NCBI RefSeq assembly: GCF_058153355.1
Contig: NZ_CM177019.1
Length of the DNA stretch: 64,000 nucleotides
Reading direction: 5' to 3' (one strand)
Shown: piece after piece, positions 20,306 to 28,290 of the stretch
How positions within the stretch are numbered: the stretch's first letter is position 1
Layout: each line of letters starts with the position of its first letter
Position numbers and translations under genes: made by a program
The notes under the pieces: model-generated
The model's database searches: none
What the model was told of the DNA's origin: nothing
Seen by the model: the letters and a program-made list of their open reading frames with translations, nothing else

Positions 20306-22577
20306 GGAAAACTCCCCAGTGTTGCAGTGATGCCAGTGCCTGCTGTTCGAGTTGTTGATGATGTGCAATGGCTTGCGGTGGACAATGCAACGGCATTTGC
20401 AGCGCTGAAACGGGAAGCTGTGCGAGCTGGTAATGCTCAAGCACCTGATGCGCCAGCGTCCCGCGTTCTCGTGGTGGTAGCCAGGCCATCGCCGCGCGTA
20501 AATCGGGCAGGGCGTTAATAAAATCGTCGTCACTCAGTTGATTTAAATGACTACTGAAACCGGCGATAAATGCCGGCTGACAGGCCAGTTGATGGCGGGC
20601 CAGCGCCAGCAAACCGTGCAGCGCCTCGCCAGATTGTGCCGGGGATAATTGTGCCAGCATCGTCAGCGCCGCTTCGGCACTGGCGTTGGGATGTTCCAGA
20701 CGCATCAGCGCGCCAAGGGCCGCACCGCGATCCAGCGCTGGGGCATGAATCGCCTGACTGCGACGTTCCAGTAAGGCTACCGCCGCAGAAAGCGAAACGC
20801 CGGGTAAATTAACGCCGCTATTTAGATCGCGCAGGATATGGCAAAGCGCCTGCCAGCTATGCAGGTGAGCGTGAAACTCCTTCTCATCCGGCCTGCCGTT
20901 GGATTCACATAGCCACAGTGTGCGATCGATAGCCGCGTATAACGTCGTCTGTAATATCTGCGCGCCTTGCATACCGCTGATTTCATCGAGCTGCCACAAG
21001 GCGTAAAGCACTTCCAGCGCCTGGCCCATTTCGGCAAACTGATTTTCCTTGGCGATTAATAATGTGAGTTGTTCCAGTAATTGCTGACTGAAGGACGCCA
21101 GACCCGCTAACGCGGCCTGGCTAAGACATGTGGTGATGCCGCTGATTCCACCCGCGTCCAGCATATCGGCTTCTAATTTATTGCGTGCGGCCTCCTGGAG
21201 TGTGGCACCAAAGCAGGCGGCTTCAATCAATGCCGCATGTTGGCTAAGTGGCTGGGTTAATGTCCAGCGTTCTTCACCGTTGCCCGCCAGCGTCAGTGTA
21301 CTTCCTTGCTCGCGCACAATGCCGGGAATCTCCAGTATTACCAACTGATGTAGCACCTGACTTTGCGCCAGTCCATCGGGGGTAAAGCGATTTAAGGTAA
21401 GCTCCGCCGGAAGAGAGATTCCGGTACGTTCCAGTTCGTAGGTGACATCTTTTGGCAGAGGTGGCTGTGGCGTCGAGGGGGCAAGTTTACCGAATCCGTC
21501 ACCTGCTAATGTGTCTATCAACGTTACCAGTATCGGATCGGTATCGGGATGAATAACGTCGCGATAGCTCCACGGCAACGGCGCATTCAAGGCTTCTTTA
21601 ATCAGCGAGCCTGCTATGGCATCCAGCCAGTCAGTGCGTAACGGTAGTGTATGACCGCGCAACTGTGCCAGCGCCATCGCATGTAAATGAGCGGCAGCCA
21701 TATCCGCGGTTGAAGCAGGCAATTTGTGCTGGCGCAAACGGGTAAGAACCGTTTTTAGTAGTTGTTCACCTGCCTGCTGCAAGCCCCACCGCCAGCACCA
21801 GTTTTGCCAGACCGGGGCAGGCATTCCTGAAAGGTATCCTGCCAGCACATCAAGGCGCTTTTCACTGTATGGCGTGAGATAGCAACCTGTAACGGCATCA
21901 TCCTGTGAGAGCAATTCTGGCTTGTTAATTTCTTGCGGGCATTCGCGCCACATTTTTGCCAGTGCCGGAGCGTGCCAGCCTCCGCAGACGACTAATACGT
22001 CGCCATTATTTTGCTGCATCGCCCATGCAATCCAGCGGGCCATAAAGGCTTCGCGCTGACGATTGAGTGCATCGCCGGAGGCGTCGCCCCGCAGTTGTGC
22101 AAAATAGTGCGCCAGTGCAGAGGGTAATATAGTTTGCTGGCTTTCATCTTCGAACAAGTGATCCCACAAGGTGTCGCTGTTATCCATGCGGGTGGCACGC
22201 AGCAGAAAGGCCTGGCTTTCCTCTTGCATATCAGGCGAATCATCCTCTTCTTCACTTTGTGCCCAGCAAGGCAAATCGATGAAGTAAGTTTGTGCCTGAA
22301 TACGACGTGCGGCTTGTAGCGCCTGCCACTCCGGCGAAAATTCAGCAAATGGCGTCCAGGCACCACGCCCGGGGGCCGCACCGTCCTGATACTGGCAATA
22401 ACTGTAAATAGCTACCGGAAGCTGGTGGGCTAACAACAGTTCGTCTACCCGGTCATTAAAATCAGCCGGGCCTTCAATCAACACGTATCGTGGCCGCTGG
22501 CTTTCGATTAACGATTTCACCAGCCGGGCGCAGGCCGGACTATGATGCCGGATGCCGACAATTAACGGCTCGCTCAT
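20298..22577 (-). CDS. yehM: Large uncharacterised protein (759 aa) encoded between the MoxR ATPase and the vWA protein
   Basis: Start at MSEPLIVGIRHHSP…, 10 nt downstream of the yehL stop with GGAAAG upstream. I recognise no catalytic motif. Confidence 0.75.
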   Translation of the reverse strand: MSEPLIVGIRHHSPACARLVKSLIESQRPRYVLIEGPADFNDRVDELLLAHQLPVAIYSYCQYQDGAAPGRGAWTPFAEFSPEWQALQAARRIQAQTYFIDLPCWAQSEEEDDSPDMQEESQAFLLRATRMDNSDTLWDHLFEDESQQTILPSALAHYFAQLRGDASGDALNRQREAFMARWIAWAMQQNNGDVLVVCGGWHAPALAKMWRECPQEINKPELLSQDDAVTGCYLTPYSEKRLDVLAGYLSGMPAPVWQNWCWRWGLQQAGEQLLKTVLTRLRQHKLPASTADMAAAHLHAMALAQLRGHTLPLRTDWLDAIAGSLIKEALNAPLPWSYRDVIHPDTDPILVTLIDTLAGDGFGKLAPSTPQPPLPKDVTYELERTGISLPAELTLNRFTPDGLAQSQVLHQLVILEIPGIVREQGSTLTLAGNGEERWTLTQPLSQHAALIEAACFGATLQEAARNKLEADMLDAGGISGITTCLSQAALAGLASFSQQLLEQLTLLIAKENQFAEMGQALEVLYALWQLDEISGMQGAQILQTTLYAAIDRTLWLCESNGRPDEKEFHAHLHSWQALCHILRDLNSGVNLPGVSLSAAVALLERRSQAIHAPALDRGAALGALMRLEHPNASAEAALTMLAQLSPAQSGEALHGLLALARHQLACQPAFIAGFSSHLNQLSDDDFINALPDLRAAMAWLPPRERGTLAHQVLEHYQLAQLPVSALQMPLHCPPQAIAHHQQLEQQALASLQHWGVFHV

Positions 22578-22587
22578 GCATCTTTCC

Positions 22588-23676
22588 TCACGGCAGGCGG
22601 TGGCGAGCTTGATAATAAGCCTGCCAGTGAGCTTCTTTATGTGTAGCGACACGTTGTTCGAAGTAACGGCGCAGACGTGCGCGATCTTCTTCGTTATCTT
22701 TGACGATGGTTCCGGCAATACAGTCCACCAGGTCGGCTGGCTCCCCCGCGCGATTCGCTAAAAACCAGGCGCGGACGCCCACGGCGTGGGCCACGTTAAC
22801 GGCTTCAGCGGTGGACATAATCGCTGTAAGGGTATCCATTGACGTTTTCTTTTCGCCGTTGGCACGCAGATCGCGGAAGGTGCGTACCAGTAACTCAAGT
22901 ACCGCGTCAGGCACTTTATGCGGAATACCGCTATGGGCCAACAAACGCGCCGAAGCACTGGCGACCAGTTCCAGCTCCTGGGCGAAATCCATAATCGGAA
23001 AAACCGTTTCAAAATCGAATCGGCGTTTTAGTGCCGCGCTCATTTCATTAACGCCGCGATCGCGGGTATTGGCGGTGACAATAATATTAAAGCCTTCCCG
23101 CGCATAGAGCTGACTGGCTTCACCAGTGAGTTCCGGCACCGTCATAACCCTGTCAGAAAGCATACCTAACAGACAGTCTTGTACTTCCAGTGGTGTACGC
23201 GTTATCTCTTCAAAACGGACAATTTTGCCGTCGCGCATTCCCTGGTAGAGCGGGGCAGGGACCAGCGCTTCCGTTGACGGACCATGATTAATAAGCAGGG
23301 CGTAGTTCCAGCCGTACTTGATTTGATCTTCGGTGGTAGATGCGCCGCCCTGGATAGTTAACCCAGCATCGCCGCTAATAGCGGTTGCCAGTAATTCAGA
23401 CAGGAGAGATTTTGCGGTGCCAGGTTCCCCCACCAACATCAAACCGCGCCCGGTAGCAAGAGTGACTAACATGCGTTCGACAGCGGAGGGACTAATCACG
23501 ACTTTACGGCTGATATTTTGCGCGCTATCGCCAAGAATAAAAGAACGGGCCGCAGGCAAACTTAACTGCCAACCGGGCGGGCAAGGTGCGTTATCATTTT
23601 GCTTTAATTTTGCCAGTTCATCGGCGTATAACACAGCGGCAGGCGGACGCTGCAGATGATTATTCTGCGGTGACAT
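22588..23676 (-). CDS. yehL: MoxR-like AAA+ ATPase
   Basis: Walker A GEPGTAKS (codons at about 23407..23430); size and layout typical of MoxR/RavA-type ATPases that partner with vWA proteins. Confidence 0.85.
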   Translation of the reverse strand: MSPQNNHLQRPPAAVLYADELAKLKQNDNAPCPPGWQLSLPAARSFILGDSAQNISRKVVISPSAVERMLVTLATGRGLMLVGEPGTAKSLLSELLATAISGDAGLTIQGGASTTEDQIKYGWNYALLINHGPSTEALVPAPLYQGMRDGKIVRFEEITRTPLEVQDCLLGMLSDRVMTVPELTGEASQLYAREGFNIIVTANTRDRGVNEMSAALKRRFDFETVFPIMDFAQELELVASASARLLAHSGIPHKVPDAVLELLVRTFRDLRANGEKKTSMDTLTAIMSTAEAVNVAHAVGVRAWFLANRAGEPADLVDCIAGTIVKDNEEDRARLRRYFEQRVATHKEAHWQAYYQARHRLP

Positions 23677-23785
23677 ATATTCATCCCTGAAATGTATTAA
23701 TCAAATAAACGATATTTTACGCGCAATAAATGTTTGGCGCATTAGTTGTTTGAGCGGAAAATATCTGGAAAGCAGATCACAGTAA

Positions 23786-23867
23786 ATAAAAAAACCTGCT
23801 GGTGAGGCAGGTTCTTTTATTTACTACTTTGACGATAACTTGCTGATTGTGCAACATTTCGTACCAA
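23786..23867 (-). ncRNA. orzO: Putative OrzO-like antisense sRNA (type I antitoxin), about 80 nt
   Basis: Minus-strand promoter (-35 TTGCAA, 17-bp spacer, perfect -10 TATAAT), an 18-nt 5' segment complementary to the zorO-like 5' UTR with one G-U wobble, and an intrinsic terminator. Transcript ends are inferred. Confidence 0.5.
23793..23813 (-). terminator. Rho-independent terminator (stronger on the minus strand)
   Basis: 7-bp stem aacctgc/gcaggtt with loop tggtgag, followed on the minus strand by TTTTTTTATTT. Confidence 0.6.
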
Positions 23868-23874
23868 CGAATGA

Positions 23875-23903
23875 ATTATAACCATATCCACATCCCGTTG
23901 CAA
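23875..23903 (-). promoter_or_regulatory. Sigma70-type promoter for the putative sRNA
   Basis: -35 TTGCAA at 23898-23903, 17-bp spacer, -10 TATAAT (reverse complement of 23875-23880). Confidence 0.5.
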
Positions 23904-23925
23904 TTCACTAAGCGAGATTTATAAT
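23898..23925 (+). promoter_or_regulatory. Sigma70-type promoter for the zorO-like mRNA, sharing the palindromic -35 with the divergent sRNA promoter
   Basis: -35 TTGCAA at 23898-23903, 16-bp spacer, -10 TATAAT at 23920-23925; this predicts a 5' UTR of about 175 nt. Confidence 0.45.
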
Positions 23926-24106
23926 CGTGCCCGTTGGGAGGTTGTGCCGGATTGAACCAATTTCAAGTCCTGGCTGCCGGACGGGGGGTGCCGCAGGTGG
24001 TGCCCTGATCCGGAGAGCAACGTTTCGTACCAACATACGTAAACCAGTATCGACAGGCAGTGTAAGGGTAAGGTGCTGGTGTTGCGCTCCTTAATAAGGA
24101 GAGCGG

Positions 24107-24196
24107 ATGGACACGCTGACACAAAAGTCAACCGTGCTCATTGCCGTACTGGAGTTATTAGTGGCTCTGTTGCGGTTGATTGATTTGTTGAAGTAA
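24107..24196 (+). CDS. zorO: 29-aa hydrophobic peptide, type I toxin-like (ZorO/DinQ/TisB class)
   Basis: AAGGAG 5 nt upstream of ATG; translation MDTLTQKSTVLIAVLELLVALLRLIDLLK is a single amphipathic/TM helix resembling known type I toxins. Not in the supplied ORF track (below cutoff). Confidence 0.55.
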   Translation: MDTLTQKSTVLIAVLELLVALLRLIDLLK

Positions 24197-24217
24197 CGGG
24201 CAAATTGAAACGCATCT

Positions 24218-24241
24218 AAGGGGGAATACCGTTTCCCCCTT
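24218..24241. terminator. GC-rich hairpin between the zorO-like ORF and the 3' end of yehK
   Basis: aagggggaa-taccg-ttccccctt 9-bp stem; flanking T tract is weak. Confidence 0.4.
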
Positions 24242-24249
24242 TAATAAAG

Positions 24250-24570
24250 CTATTTTTCTATTTGTTGGATGAATATATTTTGTAGTTCACGATTAAAAAT
24301 TGCTATTACAGTTTTAGGTGATTCACCTCGTAATTTACGCTCATCAATAAATTCATCTCTTATATAAATCAACGCATCATTTATTAGCGGGTCGACATCT
24401 TCTCGATCACGTTGATGAAATGTTGGATGTAGCCGGAATCGCTCCAACCGGTAGACGGAACCAGTAAATAATTCAGAGCATTTATGGATCTCAAGTCTGA
24501 AGGAAAACGGATCTTCAGGTACAGGGACTTCATAATCATAAGTAGCGACCAGCTCTTTTTGCACGATCAT
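24250..24570 (-). CDS. yehK: Small uncharacterised protein (106 aa)
   Basis: Intact ORF 60 bp downstream of yehI on the same strand. Confidence 0.75.
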   Translation of the reverse strand: MIVQKELVATYDYEVPVPEDPFSFRLEIHKCSELFTGSVYRLERFRLHPTFHQRDREDVDPLINDALIYIRDEFIDERKLRGESPKTVIAIFNRELQNIFIQQIEK

Positions 24571-24630
24571 CGCTTTTCCCGGTGGTAAGTCGTGTTGATA
24601 ACGGGCAGTCGCATCACTGCCCGCTGTGTT

Positions 24631-27600
24631 TTAATGGAAAATGACGTCAGGTGCGCTTAACGCTTCACTCAAATCAAACGTATCGAGTTCGGCAAAAGTG
24701 ACAGATTTATTGTCACGGTACACTCGAAGAGAACGGAAGCTCATTAGCGCTTTGCTATCAGCACTGTAGTGGTTAAAACCGGGTGAAAACTTAAGGACCA
24801 GCCGATACTCGCCCAGGTCATAGACACATGCGTCCTCAAAACCTGACTCCCAGCCTTTGTATCGCATTCCCATAAGTTGCCCAACGGTTGCGGATTTACC
24901 TTCCCAGCGAGTCAGGCTGTTACTGGCTGACTCGTCAGGTGTGAGCAGCACTGTGCGCCGCATCAACTGGCGAAAAGGCGGCATAATTTCGTAATCGGCA
25001 AAAACCTGTGCAAATTCACTGCGCATTTCTGCTGTCATTTCTAACGGGTGGGCAATGCCAATCAGAGCATCCGCAGGCAGGTCAATTGGCTCATCTTGTG
25101 CGTTGCAGAACTCCCCCTCAGCGGCCACGCGAAAGGCGTTGAGTAAACGACGCGGTTCATTTGCCGGATAAACCGCCCATATTAATCGCTGAGTAACCAG
25201 GCGAGTAAAGGGATGATTAACAAACAGAGAATGAAAATCTGCCAGCGACCAGCGTCGGGTGGTGCGTAGGGCAGTTTCAAGACGCGGGAGCAGGTTTTTG
25301 CTCACCTGAGTGGCATCTTTTTTTAGCCCTTTTAGTCGGGCCAGTGCCTCGGGTGCTTTCAGCTGATCGTCATCGGCGCGCAACCGGGGAACACTTTTCT
25401 GGCGAACGTTTTGCTGATCAAAGATAACCGGGTTGAGGTTTTCATCGAAGCGAACGGTAAACTGCCGGGGTCCAAAATCAAATATCAACGCCTGCGGATC
25501 ATCCAGGCCCAGTGTTGGGACTAATCTGTCCGCTAACTCTTCCTGGCTTAGTCCACGATTTTCTGCGACCACCTGAAGAAATTCCGCCGCGTTATCACGT
25601 AAGGGACGGGATTTCGCCCGTTGCGATATATGATGCAGCTGTATCAGCGCCATATCATTATTCATCAGGGTAAGTATGTTCAGGCCACTGACGGCGCGGG
25701 CAGATTTGCCTTCCTGTGGCCAGGCGAGGATCTGTGTTGTCAGATCCCGAGCCGTGCTTTCGTCACCAAAGAGACTTAACGCCAAAAAAGCCCAGTTGTC
25801 TTTTGCGGGGGCGCCAGCCTGTTGCCAGGCGGTGAAGAGATCCCAGGCAAAAGCGGCCAGCGTTTGTGGCTGGCAGAACGTTTTCAGTTGTTCCAGCCCA
25901 CAATAAAAACGTCCGCCCTGGGTAAAGCGCAGCATTTCGCCGATAATTTCCAGAGCATCATCAGTAACATGTTGATTATTCGTGATAATTCTCGGTCTGG
26001 ACCACATTGTCGGATGCCAGAAATCAGGGGCTTTGGGAATGCGTGCCGGGTAAATGTCCATTGGACCCTGTTTAAGTAATTGCTCCAGGGCAGGCCATAC
26101 ATCTGTATGCTGCCAGCGGTTTGCCACGGTTTGCAGTAATTCGCCATGCCCTTGTTCATACAGTAAACGCAGAGCGCTGAGTGCCGCTTCGCTGTTATCG
26201 CCAGACCTGGCAAAGATTAATGGGATCAGCGCCGTAGCCGTATGCTCCGGCCATTGTAAAATCCACTGGCGAGCCAGATTACGCTGGCCCGCAAAACGAT
26301 GCCAGACGCGGGCAACGGGCAGCGCCAGTTCTGTTGCGCCAAAATGAATCAGCAGCGGAAATATCTCTTTGGGATGTCGGGCAAAGGCGGTGATTAATCC
26401 GGGCAAAGCATCGGTACCCAGGACACTTAACAGATATTCTACCCCGGTGTAATGAAAATCAGCCGCGACAATTTGTTGCCAGCACGATACCGCCATTTCG
26501 CGCGGCATTTGCGCGATAAGATACAGGTTCCATACTCCCCAACGCTTTTCATCAGTGTAATTAAATTTGCGTTGGAAAGTTCGCCACCCCTCCATCAACG
26601 CAACACTATCTTGTGCCAGTAATGCGCTGGCGGCCTCTTCCCGGTAGTGTTTATTTTCATTCTGTTTTGCCTGATAATTGAGCAATCTTCCTACTGAAGT
26701 ATGTGTCTCTAGTTGATCGGTATCCAGAGCATCCAATTGTCCTTTGAGAATAAACTCATTAAACTTCCACCTGTGATCTTCAAAACCTAATTCCCGCAAG
26801 AAGGTATCCGCCCCTCTGTTAGCAAGACGTTCGTCAAAAGACATGGCGCTAAAATGGTCAATTGCAGTTTGCTGTTCCGGCGTCCAGTGTTTATTCGGCG
26901 ACCTGTACGCTTGCGGTACAAGCGTAAGTTCAGGTAGCGAAAAGTGAGTTATGGAAGCCTTTTTCCTGCCACGCCACGGTGGTGAAACGAGGATTTCAGG
27001 CAGACTACTGTTATCGGTGCTATCAATAACCGGTTTTGGCGAAGCCGATAAATAACTATTCACCACTGCCCGGGCTTGAGTACTTAACGACGGGATCACC
27101 TCTTCTGCCAGTTGTGGCTGCGATGCCATCAGCGTTTGTAACAGCGTACGCCAGTATTCATCACGTGCTTTTTGCTGTGCAGGCAGCTTTTTGTCTTCGA
27201 TGATAGGATAACCAGGGCGCGTAGGGGGGGCTTTTAACGCCAGTAGTTCTGCCAGTGCGGCGAGCGTCGCATGGGGAAAGTTTTTACTGTATTTAGCCAC
27301 ACGCTGCAGGCTGGGTTTGTTTTTATCGGCAACTAACAGCAAGATGCGAATAACTTGCGGATGGTTAATTTGTACCAGCAGGCTACCGCAATCTTCTTTA
27401 TGGGCATACATCGCGAGGCGTGGAACGGCTGCAATTCCTTGTTCGCGCAAAAGGGCGGCGCAGGCCGCGTAGCCGAAGTGGTTTTCATGCGACATGTAGC
27501 TGGCTTCGCGATCGCTAAATATATCCTGGCTCCAGTAGCGTTCGAGTTTTCTCACCGCTCTGGGGTCATTAGCAACAACTTTTAACCACTCCTTAGAATG

Positions 27601-28287
27601 AAAATGAGTCCGCGGGCATTCAAGGCCTACCAACTCATTGGCGATTTCTGGTTTCTCCGGGAGGATGAGTGCAATAAAAGGACGGCGAACTTGGGGTAGT
27701 CCTGGCAGTGCGGCAATGAGTTTGTCGGCGCAACGCTGCCAGCAGCTTTCCTCTGCCAGAGAGAGAGGCTTACGCAGTCGGAGATCGAATTCGTTATAGG
27801 TTTCTGAGCGATAACCATAACCATAGCCATAGTCCTCCTTCTGATACTGCAATGTTACTACCAGAGGATCGTTCTCATAACACCGCGCAATAAACTGGCG
27901 TGCAATCACCACCTCAGTCGCATATTCCAGCCCCTCTTGTTGGACGATTTCGTCGAGCAACTGTTGGCTGTCATTTTGCGCGATACAGGCTAGCGCCGCC
28001 ATTGTCCGGGCCGGAATTGAGGGTTTGTGCTCGCCGATCAAGTTGATGGCTTGCGTAATGGCCGACTGCCACTCCAGTGAAAAATTTTCATAACGCCAGA
28101 CAATGTTTTTTTTCTTCTCAGCAATGTGTAGCAATTTATCACCCAGTGTCTGGATGAGGCTTTCAGTGATAACAGGCACCGGTTCGCCCGGCCAATTGCG
28201 ATGGCTGAGTGGTGTTTTGCCTTTTTTATATTTCAGTTCCAGTTGGGCGTTATCCGCCAGCCACGGTAATTCCTTGTCCATGCTCAT
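24631..28287 (-). CDS. yehI: Very large DUF4132-family protein, paralog of the two upstream MolR-like ORFs but lacking their N-terminal WGR-like domain
   Basis: 1218-aa ORF; central and C-terminal regions align visibly with the two upstream paralogs (for example …DFGPRQFTV.FDE.L.P… and …FADYE..PPF.QL…). Start lies 3 nt after the upstream gene's stop. Confidence 0.8.
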   Translation of the reverse strand: MSMDKELPWLADNAQLELKYKKGKTPLSHRNWPGEPVPVITESLIQTLGDKLLHIAEKKKNIVWRYENFSLEWQSAITQAINLIGEHKPSIPARTMAALACIAQNDSQQLLDEIVQQEGLEYATEVVIARQFIARCYENDPLVVTLQYQKEDYGYGYGYRSETYNEFDLRLRKPLSLAEESCWQRCADKLIAALPGLPQVRRPFIALILPEKPEIANELVGLECPRTHFHSKEWLKVVANDPRAVRKLERYWSQDIFSDREASYMSHENHFGYAACAALLREQGIAAVPRLAMYAHKEDCGSLLVQINHPQVIRILLLVADKNKPSLQRVAKYSKNFPHATLAALAELLALKAPPTRPGYPIIEDKKLPAQQKARDEYWRTLLQTLMASQPQLAEEVIPSLSTQARAVVNSYLSASPKPVIDSTDNSSLPEILVSPPWRGRKKASITHFSLPELTLVPQAYRSPNKHWTPEQQTAIDHFSAMSFDERLANRGADTFLRELGFEDHRWKFNEFILKGQLDALDTDQLETHTSVGRLLNYQAKQNENKHYREEAASALLAQDSVALMEGWRTFQRKFNYTDEKRWGVWNLYLIAQMPREMAVSCWQQIVAADFHYTGVEYLLSVLGTDALPGLITAFARHPKEIFPLLIHFGATELALPVARVWHRFAGQRNLARQWILQWPEHTATALIPLIFARSGDNSEAALSALRLLYEQGHGELLQTVANRWQHTDVWPALEQLLKQGPMDIYPARIPKAPDFWHPTMWSRPRIITNNQHVTDDALEIIGEMLRFTQGGRFYCGLEQLKTFCQPQTLAAFAWDLFTAWQQAGAPAKDNWAFLALSLFGDESTARDLTTQILAWPQEGKSARAVSGLNILTLMNNDMALIQLHHISQRAKSRPLRDNAAEFLQVVAENRGLSQEELADRLVPTLGLDDPQALIFDFGPRQFTVRFDENLNPVIFDQQNVRQKSVPRLRADDDQLKAPEALARLKGLKKDATQVSKNLLPRLETALRTTRRWSLADFHSLFVNHPFTRLVTQRLIWAVYPANEPRRLLNAFRVAAEGEFCNAQDEPIDLPADALIGIAHPLEMTAEMRSEFAQVFADYEIMPPFRQLMRRTVLLTPDESASNSLTRWEGKSATVGQLMGMRYKGWESGFEDACVYDLGEYRLVLKFSPGFNHYSADSKALMSFRSLRVYRDNKSVTFAELDTFDLSEALSAPDVIFH

Positions 28288-28290
28288 TCC

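Noticed and set aside
24040-24106. LexA (SOS) box upstream of the zorO-like peptide, by analogy with tisB and dinQ
   Set aside because: No CTGT-N8-ACAG motif found in the promoter or 5' UTR.
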